Source: Vitrella brassicaformis CCMP3155 (lineage: Eukaryota > Protista > Chromerida). Taken from it: DNA of 64,000 nt. Location: positions 186,001 to 250,000 of the forward strand of contig CDMY01000592.1 in assembly GCA_001179505.1 (NCBI GenBank), written 5' to 3'. Position numbers and translations under genes: made by a program. Shown one piece after another: positions 43,017 through 55,019 of the stretch. Below the pieces are notes generated by a model, which was not told where the DNA came from, did no database searches, and worked only from the letters and a program-made list of their open reading frames with translations. Position 1 is the first letter of the stretch. Each line of letters begins with the position of its first letter.

Positions 43017-45413
43017 ATGCGTCGTCTCGCCGGTTTGTGGGCCCTTGCAGCATCGTACAGCTGCTGCGCCGCTGCCAGATCTGAGATCGGTGCGTATGTG
43101 AGCCCCGTCACACAGCCGCCATGCGGCGGCAGATCAGCAGGAGGTGTGATGAGGATCTCTCGCCGGCCGTCCTCCCCTGCTGCTCCCCAGCCGCCCCCGC
43201 TATCAGCCGTCAGTGCATTGCCGGCTGCTGCGGCATCCCCCGTGGCAGCTTCGGGAGCATCTGTGACTGTCAAGGGTGAGTCAAGACTTAGTCAGCCGCA
43301 CCAATCAATCAGCCAGGGAGCAATAGCCAGGGAGGGGATGACAAGGCAAGGCAGAGGTCTGAGTGAGTCAGACGTCGACGCATGCACGTGTGCGAATGAA
43401 TGGAACCAACCGTCGATTGTGCTTGTGGGTGTCATGCATGTCAGGCCTTTATGCCCTACTGCAGGTGAGGTGCGTGTCCGAGTCCCCCCTGAGCGTGTCA
43501 GAACAACGAATGATTGGCTTGTCAGTCATCCGTGTGTCCGTGTGTGTGGCAGGTCATCTCAGGAGGCGCCTTGGCTTCGATGGCCGACGCAGGCGGCCTG
43601 CTCTCGCCGGACGACACCAAGTACTCTGTGCCCTTGAGCAATCAGACATCAAGCAAACAGGGGGACTCACACACTCCTTACCTGTGATTGTGTTGTGTAT
43701 TCAGAGCTCTTTCAAGGCTGTTCTACAACGTGTTTCAGCCATGCCTGCTGTTCGTGGCCCTTGCGGAGAGCCTGGCACAAGTGAGGATGGATGGGCACAG
43801 ACAGGACAGACACCACGCCCAGCCTACCTGCTTGCGCTCCTATGTGTGTTGTGTTGTGTGCAGGGTGGCATGCCTGTGCGTCTGCTGTTGGTCCTGCCCC
43901 TGATGGCCCTCATCCACATCATGTTCGGCTTCATTGCCGCATTCACCACGGGAAGACTCACTGGGTGAATGCGGGGGAGGGAGCCGGGGAGGCAGGCAGG
44001 AAAGAAGGAATGGATGGCGTTCGGGTGGATGCGTGGTGTGTTTGTTGGAAATGCAGTTTGTCAATGGGCGGCCGGGCTCAGAAGGAGCTCAACATCCTCA
44101 CAGGTCAGTCAGTCAGATACATACAGGTGGATTGACGGGAAATAAAGTGTGAGTCGTAGCTGACTGCGATTGAATCAAGTCCCCTCCGGGTCCGTCCTAA
44201 CTGTACGTGCAGGCATCGGGAACGCAGCAACGATCCCGTTTTTATTTATCGATGCGCTTTTCAGAGGCAGCAACAGCCCCTTACTCTCCCCAGCCCTCGC
44301 TGCTGCGGCCGTCTACCTTCTCACCTGGAACCCCATTCTGTGGAGCGTTGGCAACGCCATCCTCTGCGATGCATTCCCCGACCACACACACGACGGGCAG
44401 GGCGGTGAGGCAACAGCGGGCATCGGCGACCTGGCGAGGTCGGCTTTTCTTTCCCCACCTGTCATCGCCAGCGCCGCCGGGCTAGCCGCTGGCAGCATCG
44501 CACCCGTCAGGGCTGCCCTTATCGGGGCAAATGCCCCGCTACGGTTCATATTCAGCTCCCTTCGTTCTATCGGCGGCGCGGCGTTGCCGGCAGCCGTCAT
44601 AGTCCTGGGCGGCGCTCTTAGCCGGGCGCTACGGGAGGGCGAGGAGAAAATCACACTAAGCAATGTCCTACAGGTAAGTGAGTGAGCATCAAGACAGACA
44701 CGCGGGCGGGTATCCTTGTTGGCTGATTGGTTGATTTGAACACATAAACAGGCCCTTCGTGTGATTTTTTCGAGGTTTGTTATTGTCCCTGTGTGTGCAT
44801 TGGGCGCTCTTCGTGGATTCGAGAGGCTGGGGCTGCTCACTGCTCAGGACTCCATGGCGAGGATGATAGTTCTCATGACAGGGTGGGTGAGTACATGTCT
44901 GCCTGTCTACCTGGCCGGCCATGCACACAAGTGTCAGGCATGTTGTGTGATATTTTGTCGTGTGTTGTGTTGTGTCTTGTGTTTAGGTGTGCGATGCCGT
45001 CGCCCATCATCTACGTGGCGATGTTGAGGATCGCCGGTCAGGCCAAGGGCGCAGGAAGGGCGGCCAAGATGCTCGCAGTAAGTGAGCAGACACACATGCA
45101 CAACAGTGATGTTACATAGGCAGGCAGGCAGGCAGGCAAGGCAGAGGGAAGGGACCGAGGAGAGCGGGTAGGTGCCAGTAGAGTGCGTGCAGTGTCTGCA
45201 GTCTGTCGGCGGGGGTCTGGTCTGTCTTGCAAGTACATGCATATCATGTGTATGTATGTATGTACAGTGGACATGAGGACCAGTACTTACAAAGATGGAG
45301 GGGTGTGTCTGTATGGCTGTATATGTTGTGTGCAGGTGCAGTACATGATGGCGCTGGTGCCCATGGCTTTGTCGCTGTCCTGGGTTCTCAGGGCAAGCGG
45401 CATAGCGATTTGA
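43017..45413 (+). CDS. Auxin efflux carrier (AEC)/PIN-like (PILS) family membrane transporter with N-terminal extension
   Basis: GLLSPDDTK|ALSRLFYNVFQPCLLFVAL, GNAATIPFLFIDAL, WNPILWSVG, FLSPPVIAS, SIGGAALPAAVIVLGGAL, IFSRFVIVP, AMPSP; about 10 hydrophobic segments. Confidence 0.85.
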
Positions 45414-46135
45414 CTTGCGAGCGGGATTTTACCGATGGCGCATGAATCAATCAAAGCCTAGTTGCATGCCGTGTGCATGTGATGGTATGCCCAGCCACTC
45501 GCACAGTGTGGATGTAAGGGTGTAATCGACTTGTGCGTAGATCAATCAGTTCATCACATTAAGGCTCCTGTAGAGCTGCCTCAAACGGAGGAATGCAACT
45601 CGGAGCCGCAATCGCGAGTTTTCCTTTCCTCCCTCTCCCCTCCCCCCATTCGAGTTTACGGCCTGGGCGAGCGACCTAGCCAGAAGCTCGCGGTGGAGGG
45701 GCGCAGAACCCAGATATAGGTCAGGTATATACATGCATTGTCCTTAACTGAGGGCGGGTTCATCATTTGTGCTGCATCCTCCCTCTCTTTCCTTGCTGCA
45801 GATCCGCCCGGATCCTGACGGGCGCCTCGCCGTGGTGAGCGGTCGCCAGTTTGCGCCGTGTTGGACTATCCAACCACCGGTGAGAGGGAGGGATAATGCA
45901 CGGTGCGGGCGCGCCAGGAAGGAGGGGAAGAGGAGAAGGGAAAAGGATACGATACCTGATCTTCGTTCGCCATCGTTGTTGTTCCGCCTTCCTGTTGCAG
46001 ATCTCCATCTCCCTCGGCTGCTAAGAGCGGTCGGTGCGGCAACGCCCCTCACCCACCCCCCATCTGCCACATCTATCCGCCCATCTGTCCATTCGTCCGT
46101 GTGTAGGTACCCCTGTCCCGGGTATCAAGGCCACC

Positions 46136-49100
46136 ATGACGGTATCCATTAGCTCCACCCTGTTGCTGCTGGCTGGCATCCTGCTGGCGTCCACCCTCCT
46201 GTCCTTCCCCCTCGCACACGCCGACCAAGTCGCCGAAGAGGCCGCCGACGGACCTGACAGGCGGACCCGCAGGAGCGGCAGGGTGTCGAAGCCGTCGACG
46301 CCATATGATCGGCCAGGGGCAGCAAAGGGGAAGAGAGGCAAGCTCACCGCCGAAAAAGCACGCCTCGCACTCGAATCAGTTGGGATGGAAGCACCCGAGG
46401 CGGCGGCGGGTGCCGGGGCCGCACCGTCGGATAGAATTCCACCCCGCGGTACGCACGACACACCACGCCATGCATATCATACGCACGTGTGTATGTATGC
46501 GTGGGTTGCCTGGCGCAACGCGGACCTTCCATGGATTGGCTGACTGACGCACGGACGAATGGACACATGGATGGATGGATGGATGGATGGATGTGCAGAG
46601 CAGTGCCTGATAATTACGTGTTCGTTCTGGCTGGTGCATGAATTCATGCCCCATCACTCACTCACTCTTTGGCTCCCTGTCTGTGTGTGCGTGTGTGTGT
46701 GTGTTTGGCAGATGAGTGCCCCAAGGTCGACCCTGGTGCCATGGGGACTGGAGTTCACCTGGCGCCGCGTTCAGATGGCTCAATGCCCTTCACCATCTTC
46801 CACTGGGTACACATGCATGCATTGCATGGATGAATGGCATCCCATCCCACAAGGCAGGTGGGGTGCACCGTGCACCATCCTATTACCTGGCCTGGTGTTA
46901 TCATACCTATTTGTTGGCTGACCTGACTGGCCATATGCGCACATCCATCCTCACACCCATCCATCCATCCATCCACCGGTATATGTCTGTGTGTGTGCAT
47001 TATACGTCAGAATTTGGATTGGATGTTTTCACCCAATGCCCCGCGCGCCGAGTGGGCCAGGAGTCGTTACGAGGGTCGTGAGAAGGAGGACCTCATCAAG
47101 GAGTGCCCACAGAGGTGGGAGCCGGGCGAAGAGTGCGACCACTTAGATTTCAGCCAAGAGCTCGGTATGTCAACACACACCACACACACACACACACACA
47201 GGGGCAGACACTGAGGTTTTCTCCCGTCCGCTGTGTATGTATGTATGTGTGTGTGTGCATCGTGCGTCCATCTGTCTGTTTGCTTGTCTGTGTGTGTCAG
47301 AGTGGCCGTCTGGATACTCTTTCAAGTGGACGCCCGGCGAAACGGGCCGGCCGGAGACGGAGCGTTCCACGCCCTGCACCGGGATGAGGGTGCCGGGCGC
47401 CGGTCTGATGCACCCCTGCATGAAGCAGTGGGGCCGCATCAAGGCCACCGGCATGTGGATCCGCTGGCTCTGGCAGCAATACCAACCCAACGTCATCAGC
47501 CTCAACGAGGTTCGTAAGCTACAGAGCCACTCAGGGTGGGCCACGTGGGGTGTCGTGGGGCGATCCATTGATGGTGATGGGTGGGTGGGATGGACGGATG
47601 GACCATAGATAGACCCATGGATGGATGGATGGATGGATGGACGGACCAATCAACCAGCCACTCACTTCTTTCTGTCTGTCTGTCTGTGTGTGTGTGTGTG
47701 TCTGTGGTGCAGATCGACGGGTGCACCACGTTGAAGAATCTGCTGGAGGCCTCCGGGCTCAACAACCCCCAGCTGACGGGGCCAGGGGTCTTCTGGCCGT
47801 ACCACTACATGGGCAATGACTACCGCAGCAACCAGCAGGTCGGTTTCCTCACCAACCTGCTCCCAGAGACACATGCAAACGAACTAGCCGCGCAATTCTA
47901 TTAAGAACAGCACACAGGACACTAACGGACAGACAGACAGACAGACAGACATGGGGAGAGGGACAGGGAGAGAGGGAGAGGAGAGGGTATGCATCACTGT
48001 CTGTTTTTCTGTCTGTCTGTCTGTCTTTCTGTGTGTGTCTATCTATCTATCAGCCACAAGGGTGTGGATACCAGCGATTTCCCTGTGACGAGCAACAAGG
48101 AGTGCCAGCAGTACTCTGGTCACGAGCGCGGCAAGGACTACAACTTCAAGAAGCAAGGAGCCATTGGCCTCAACAAGAACGTCATGTTGGGCGTCGACGT
48201 ATACGGCCGCAAAATCGCCCTCCTTACCGTGCACCTCAAATCCATCCCCAACGGTAAGACAGACAGACAGACAGACAGGGACAGTGGATCTATCTGTTCT
48301 GTGTCACCCACCGGTGGGTGTGTCGTGACGCCACCTTTACATCCATCCGTTGGTGGCTGGGGTGGCTGGGGTGGCTGCAGCGCCGGCCAACTGCATGTAT
48401 CGAGAGGTGGAGGCCAAACTGATTGACCAACTTATCACGTAGGCACCGTCCCTAGCGCGGCACACGACCGCCAATCCCACCCCCCACCCCCCACCCCCCG
48501 CCCCACCCCACCATCTCTCTCTCTCTCTGTCTGCGTGGTGTGTGTGGGTGGTGCCCGCCTGCCTGCCTGTCTGTCTGTCTGTCTGTCTGTACAGTTCGGA
48601 GATCCCTGAGGGTTACGAGATCATCCTCTTGGGTGACTTCAACGACTACGACGACAAGGACCCGCTGACGCGCGACATGCGCCGCGTCCAACGGGAGGGC
48701 CGCTTCTTCCAGCACCCCAATTCCCCCCCCGACCCCGCACTCGACCCAGGCAAGCCCGACACGCCCTACATGGACTCGACGCAGGACACATCCGTGAAGG
48801 GCAGGGGACCAGCCAACTTCGACGACCACAGCAAGGCGGAAGAGCTGGACGCCGAGGACGAGAGAGAGTACTACCGTCTGGTATCGGCGGATCAGGAGGA
48901 GTCGCAGATGTTCGTGGAGCTCGAGGCCAACACGACACAGGAAGAGTGCGAGGAGGGTGAGGGTGGCGAGGGGTGCGCCCTGATGGGGTCGTCGTTCCTC
49001 GAGACCGATGAAGGGCCCCCGCCCCCCGGCGACGAGGACATGGAGGTGACCGGGGTTCAGCAGGTTCAGCCCAAGAAGAAGCGCGCACCGCCCAGCGTTG

Positions 49101-50194
49101 ACCTCTACGCCAACAGCTGGGTCTTCCAAATGATCAAACACGGCTGGCCCTTGTGAGGCGAGCCACAAACATACACACATCCATGCACACATGACCCGTA
49201 TGTGTGTGTGTATTTGGCGAGCACTTGTACATGCATGTCTCCTTGTGTGTGTGTGTGTGTGTGTGTCCCCCTGCATGTCTGTCTGGCTGCAGCGGGCCCG
49301 GCCGCCATGGGCATCGTCACAACACGAAGAGGGAGATGTTCAACACCAATATGGCCCTGTCGCAGGACAAGCGCTGGTCTCTCGAGTTCATGAAAGCAAG
49401 CCAAACCCGTGCGGGGCAGGTCATTGCGTGGCTGCCCCAGCCATTCATACGTTCATACATACATGCGATGGTTTGTCAATGTCAATGTCAATGCAGGTCA
49501 AGACGCAGATCGACTTCATATTCGTATCAAGGGTGCGGTGCTATATCAGTGGCCCACACCCACACCCACCCACGCACACAGACGCATTCATCCATGTCTC
49601 TCTCCCTCCCTCCCTCCCTCCCTCTCTCCCTCCGTGTGTGTGTTTTCAGGACTTGTTTCACTGCTTGAAGACCTTCAAGATCCTCAACCCAGACATGGCG
49701 AGCGACCCCGACATGGCGAGCAACCCCGACAAGCCATACTTCACCAGCTACGGCGCCAGCAAGGGCTTCAAGGGCGAGTAAGGCGCACACACGCCACACA
49801 GAGACACAGAGCTTGCTTACCCACGTGTGTGTGTGTATGTATGTATGTACTGTGTGTATGTATGTATGTGTATGTATGTGTGTGTATGTGTGTGTGTGTG
49901 TGTGTGTGTAGGGACCCGTCGGACCATTTCCCTGTCGTCGGTGAGCAGCACATAGCACACACAGACACACATATATCAATCGCATCGCTGCACATATACA
50001 CAATGAATGAATGGACGCGTGACGTCCCGCCATGCGAGTTGTCTGTGTGTCTGTCCTGTGTGTCAGCGCATTTCGACTTCAAGTTGGGCGGGTGCGATGC
50101 CATGGCGGGACCGTCGGGCGCTTACTACAGAGAGGCCGGGCGGGTCTGCAACATGGGCGGCAGGGAGGTGCCCTGTAGCATGGCCAAAGAATAA
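46136..50194 (+). CDS. Secreted endonuclease/exonuclease/phosphatase (EEP) family protein
   Basis: Signal peptide MTVSISSTLLLLAGILLASTLLSFPLAHA. EEP motifs HW|NLDW, PNVISLNE|IDGC, VHLKS, CMYREVEA, IILLGDFND, QIDFIF, DPSDHFPV. Confidence 0.9.
47165..47300 (+). repeat. Intron with a 5' (AC)n tract and 3' (TG)n/(TGTA)n tracts; representative complementary-microsatellite intron
   Basis: gtatgtcaacacacaccacacacacacacacacac ... ctgtgtatgtatgtatgtgtgtgtgtgc ... tgtgtgtgtcag. Confidence 0.9.
47901..48053 (+). repeat. Intron with (GACA)n near the 5' end and complementary (TGTC)n near the 3' end
   Basis: gacagacagacagacagacagac at about 47928-47950; ctgtctgtctgtctgtc at about 48009-48025. Confidence 0.85.
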
Positions 50195-51331
50195 ACAGAT
50201 AGGCAGACAGACAGACCGGCTAACTGACAGAATACAATACAACACAACAGAGTGGTGATAGGTAGCCATACGTACACATGCACACGTAGAGGGGGTGGCT
50301 GCGGGTTCAAAGGGCGAGTTTTTCGTTCAGAAGGGATGGATGGAATGGCTGCTGGTGTGTGATTTAGGGGCGACTGCGTGTGGAGTGGAGTGGAGTGGAG
50401 TGCAGTGGAACGGATGTGTGTGCGTGGGCGTGGGCGTGTCCAGAGAAGGTGCGCATGGCTAATGAGTGAGTGTATCGGGGCTGCGTGTGTGCCGGGTGCT
50501 GACCAAACAGAGCGACACAAAGGACAACCGCCACGGATATTTCAAACATTGAGGCTGGGAATGCGTTGGTTGTGTTGATTGTGTTGTGCGTCCAAGAATC
50601 CTTCGATCACCACACGAGCAGGTCGACTCGCATTATATACCATTATTCATTGCAACACATTGAAGAGACGAACAAATGAACGAGTCGATCAGCATGGAAT
50701 CAGTCAGTCAGTCAGTCAGTCAAGGAATGAGTCGATGGGTCTGGCCGGACCGTCCGTATTGACACACAATGATTAATATGTATACGTACGTACGTATGTA
50801 TATAGAGCAGCAGCAGCTTCATCAGTACACACACAATGGGTCGATCATCTATCTAATAGCATAAGGTGCACCGGCCGAGGGGCGGACCGGTGAATTGCGC
50901 ACACATGGAAGACATGCAAAGCGACTGAGTCACACACCGATACATACGGAATGAGTGAGTGAGTCTTTCTGGCAAAACGCGCACAAAGGTCCCATCCTCT
51001 GTGAAGAATACACATGCACACGAGCTCCATGAGCCGATCGAGTAGCGTTTGTATCCCGCCAGACAGACACACACACCCCTCCCCTGGCCCTCTTCTTTCC
51101 ACTCAGTCAACCAGCGCTCGCTATCCGCACCGCGAACACGTAAGTCAGTCTAAGCCGGCTCGTCTTCTCTCAGGCAGCCACACATGCATCCATCACGCCA
51201 GGCGGCCGCGGCGTGCTCACGTCTGTCTGTCTGTCTGTCTGTTCGTCCGTCTGTGTTTCCCACTACCCTCCCACTACATGGCCGTCTGTGGTGTGTGTGT
51301 GTCTGGTCATCCATCCTTGTTCCTCTTCTAT

Positions 51332-54300
51332 CTATGGCCTTTCCCCCTCAGCGCCATTGCTGCTGTCCGACGCAGACGACCCGTTGACGTGGGTGGCCGC
51401 CACGCCGTTGCCCGCCTGCTGCTGGTGGAGGTGGTGGTCGCCGCAGGGTGTGGATGCGGGTGAGAGGCCCCGCGAGCGCGATGATGTGTTTGATGGCGAC
51501 AGGGCGAGTGAGTCGACAGAGGGGGGACGGGGGCGCAGCCGGGCGGGTCTCTCACTGTCACTGTCCAGGTCCAGCTCCTCGAGGTCAGCGATGAGCTCCT
51601 CATCCTCCTTGTCGGACTCGGAGTGGCGGTCATTTGGGTGTGGTGGTGCTGGTGAAGCGTTGCTGTCACTGCCGTGTGACGGCCTCGGTGGTCCTTCCGG
51701 TGCGTGCGATGCGGATGCGACAGGACTCGCCCTCAGCGAGGGGCCTTCAATGGCGTCCACGTAACGCTCCTTGATCCCCCTCCCAGGGATGCCTGCTCGT
51801 ACGTACGTACGTACACATGGATGGATACATACACGTGTCTGTGAGTCATGTGTGTCGTGTCTTGTTGTGTCGTGTGTGAGAGTGTGAGAGTGTGTGCAGG
51901 CAGCCGGCGCGTACCGTTGCACACGAGATCGTCCGGATTGAAGACCTTGATGCAGGGAATCCGCCACTCCTGCACAAGCACAAAAACACACGTACACTGA
52001 CCGACTGACTGTGGCAGGCTGACTTTGCTGGCCAACTGCACCAGCATCAGTGACTGCATGGGTGCATGTGTATGCGTACCGTTCCGGATGCGTGTAGCTG
52101 TGCTGGTCCGGGTGTGTCGTCGCGCACAGTGAGCATGCGGAAGCACGGGTCCAGGATGGCCAGCCACGACTGCCGCTGCTGGCTCACGCCCTGCTGACCC
52201 TGCAGCTGCTCACGCAACCTGAAGAATACGACGACGCATACGCATACACAGACATAACGAGGGAGATATCCGCGGGCAGGCGGGAGGGTGGGTGGGGGAC
52301 GTACGCTGTAAGCCAGACATTGTCACTGTTGTAGACTGCCAAGAGAAAGACACCCGCGTCGCTATCCATGCACAAAGCCAACCTAAACGAAGAACGGACC
52401 GGACCCACCACAGACCGACCGGCAAAGAGGCGTCGGCGGGATCGTGTGGGCTCATGTGGTGAGTACTGACTGACATGGGGTTCAGGATCATTTTGGCTTC
52501 GATCTCTATGGGGATCAGGTAACGCGCAACCACAACGGTCGACGGATTGTCGCCCTCCCTGCAGCCAGCCAGCCAGCCAATGCACACATGCTCACAGAAT
52601 GTTCGTGCTTCGGTTGTCGCCCGCCTCTCTCTGTCGTCAGTTTCTTCCTCCTTCCCTCCCCCACTCCCTCCCTCCCTCCCTGGCTGGGATACCTGAGTGT
52701 CTTATAGCCCATCTGTGTGACCTGCCCCTTATTATTCCCTCCCTCCCCCTCCCCGTCCCTGTCGGTGCTGTCCCCGCCCCCCACCCCGTTGGCCGGCGAC
52801 CCATCTGTGGACTCCCCCATGCCCACGTCCTGCCCGTCGTGGTGCGAGCTGGCCGTGCTGCCGCTGCTGGGAGAGGCGTCGGGGCTCACACGCGACGCAC
52901 CCTCGCCATCCATGGTTGTGGTGCCCAGCGGTCGCGAGGCCACCTTATTCACATCACTCGTGGTGGTGGTGATGGCAGGTGTCTTGGTGTTGCCGGGCCG
53001 TGGGGGCTTCCCTCTGCCCCTGCCGCTTGTGGCCGTGGCGGTCGCTGTCGCTGTTGGTGTGCGTGATTGGGTGCTGGTGGTGGCGCCGGCACGTGTGACG
53101 GCAGTGGGTCTAAATTTGAGCGGCAGTCTCGGAACGACGCTTTGCTTGATGACTCGGAGGGAATCGCCCACTTGGCGGGCCTTCAGCCGACACTGCATAC
53201 AATACACCGTGATAGTAGGCGAAGTGCACAGACAGACGCACGTGAAGTGTATATCAATCACCACCTTGTTTTTGATTTGTGTGCCGATCTTGGTAAGCAG
53301 TCTCGCGTGTTGCTGGTAGAGCGCGTCGGCACCGGCATAGGGGTCGATGACGTGACACTGCACACCCACACGTGTACAGACGGGCAGGGCGATACCCGTC
53401 CACTCATTCTATTGTGTGTGTGGTGTGTGTACCCTTTTCCAAGCTTCGATGGCCCCGTTGTAGTCCAGCAGGTATCGGTAAGCCTCGGCCCTGTTGAGCC
53501 AGATGTCGGGGTACTCATGGCCGAGCTTGCCAAACAGCATCTCCTACACACACAGATACATCATCACTGCATTTCGTGGATGCCGGTGGCTTGCTTGTTT
53601 GCTCGTGTGCGTACCGCTCGTGTGAATGCCTTGAGTGCCCTCTCCATGGACGTCCTCAGGGCGGCCTCCGACTGCACCTTGGTCATGGTCGCCTCCATCA
53701 AATACGAGTTGCCTGAGAAAACTGCACACACTCCCACACATGACAAATCGATCGTCCCTCTGAGCGAGTGGAATGTTGTATGCATTGCCACTTACACCAT
53801 GAGAAGGGGTCGTCTAGGTTGAGTGCGAGTGCCTGTTTGGTCAGTGCAAACGACTTGTGCATGTTCTCATGTCGCTCGGGGCTGTTGCCTGTCATGTCAG
53901 GATGCAGTCAGTGCGATTTGCATCAACACACACGAGAAAAGACAAGGAGGGAGATACACCAGTAGGATGACGTGCAGGTGTGTGCTGGTTGGTTACCCTC
54001 TCCTATCGTCCTCATGACCACAGCGAGGTACCGCAGCGGCTTAGCGTCACTAGAGTCCTGATGCACACACACACATACCGACCCGTTATTTTGTGGCGTT
54101 TGTTATGTTGCTCTTTCCTTCCTCCTGGCTGACCAGTTTGATAGCCCTTTCTAGGCAGTCCCTGGCCTTGAGCATATCCCTCTTCTTGGCATACGTGTGG
54201 CCCAAAGACGTCCACGCATCACACAAACACGGATCCAACTTAACCTGACAGACAGATCATCCACACGTGTACGGTGTACAGACAGATACACTCCCACATC

Positions 54301-54961
54301 GTTGATTGCACATTCAGACAAGCGGTGTACGTCTGTCTGCTTGCACACCGCTTTGGTGAGGAACTTCTCGGCCTCTTCTGAGTAGTTTTGCTGGTGCGCG
54401 TCATGTGCCCGGCCTCGCAGATAGAGCAGGCGGGCCCGATCAACCACACACGAGCTACTCGAATCACCAGCACCAAAGGGAACTGACACACACGACAGGC
54501 AGGGCAACGATACAGACAAAGAAGGAAAGAAGGAGTGAATGAGTGACATGCACCCTCATCTCTGTTCGCTTCGGCGCCTTCCCTCTGCATCGCTTGCGAA
54601 TGCAGTCTGTGTGTGTGCGTATCATGGTACCTGCGGCGACCATGTCAATGAGTGTCATGATGGCCTGCAGCTCCTGCTGTATCCTCGACTCCTTGTCACT
54701 CATGTAATAAAACTCGCATATCTCATCCAGCGCCCGCACACGCCTCTCGACCTCCTGCAGCAGCTCCGCTTGCGACGGAACCGGCGCTGGCTCACTCATC
54801 AAGCCCGCGGTCGCAGCACCCTTCGGCTGCCCCTCCAGCAGCCACTTATGCCGTTCGGCAGGATCGATCCATTCATTGGGGGCCTGCATGGCGCCCCCAG
54901 TCTCCCCCCCGCCGTTCTCCCCCCGAGCGATGGCGGCTGGCGAACCCGTCCTCGCTGCCAT
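51332..54961 (-). CDS. TTC5: TTC5-like TPR protein with C-terminal OB-fold and acidic tail
   Basis: LYLRGRAHD..NYSEEAEKFLTKAVKLDP..DAWTSLGHTYAKKRDM, DPFSW|..GNSY, PDIWLNRAEAYRYL, RLKARQV, LAVYN, IKVFNPDDLVCNG. Confidence 0.85.
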
Positions 54962-55019
54962 CCCGAAGCGAGCCACACAGCACGGATTGTTTGTGCCGGG
55001 TACAGACAAGCTATTTGCA

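Noticed and set aside
50195-51331. Possible gene between the EEP and TTC5 stops
   Set aside because: Only short repeat-derived ORFs; consistent with convergent 3' UTRs.
52599-53822. Long + strand ORFs (52599, 52717, 53067)
   Set aside because: Antisense shadows of GC-rich, low-complexity TTC5 exons and introns; no motif support.
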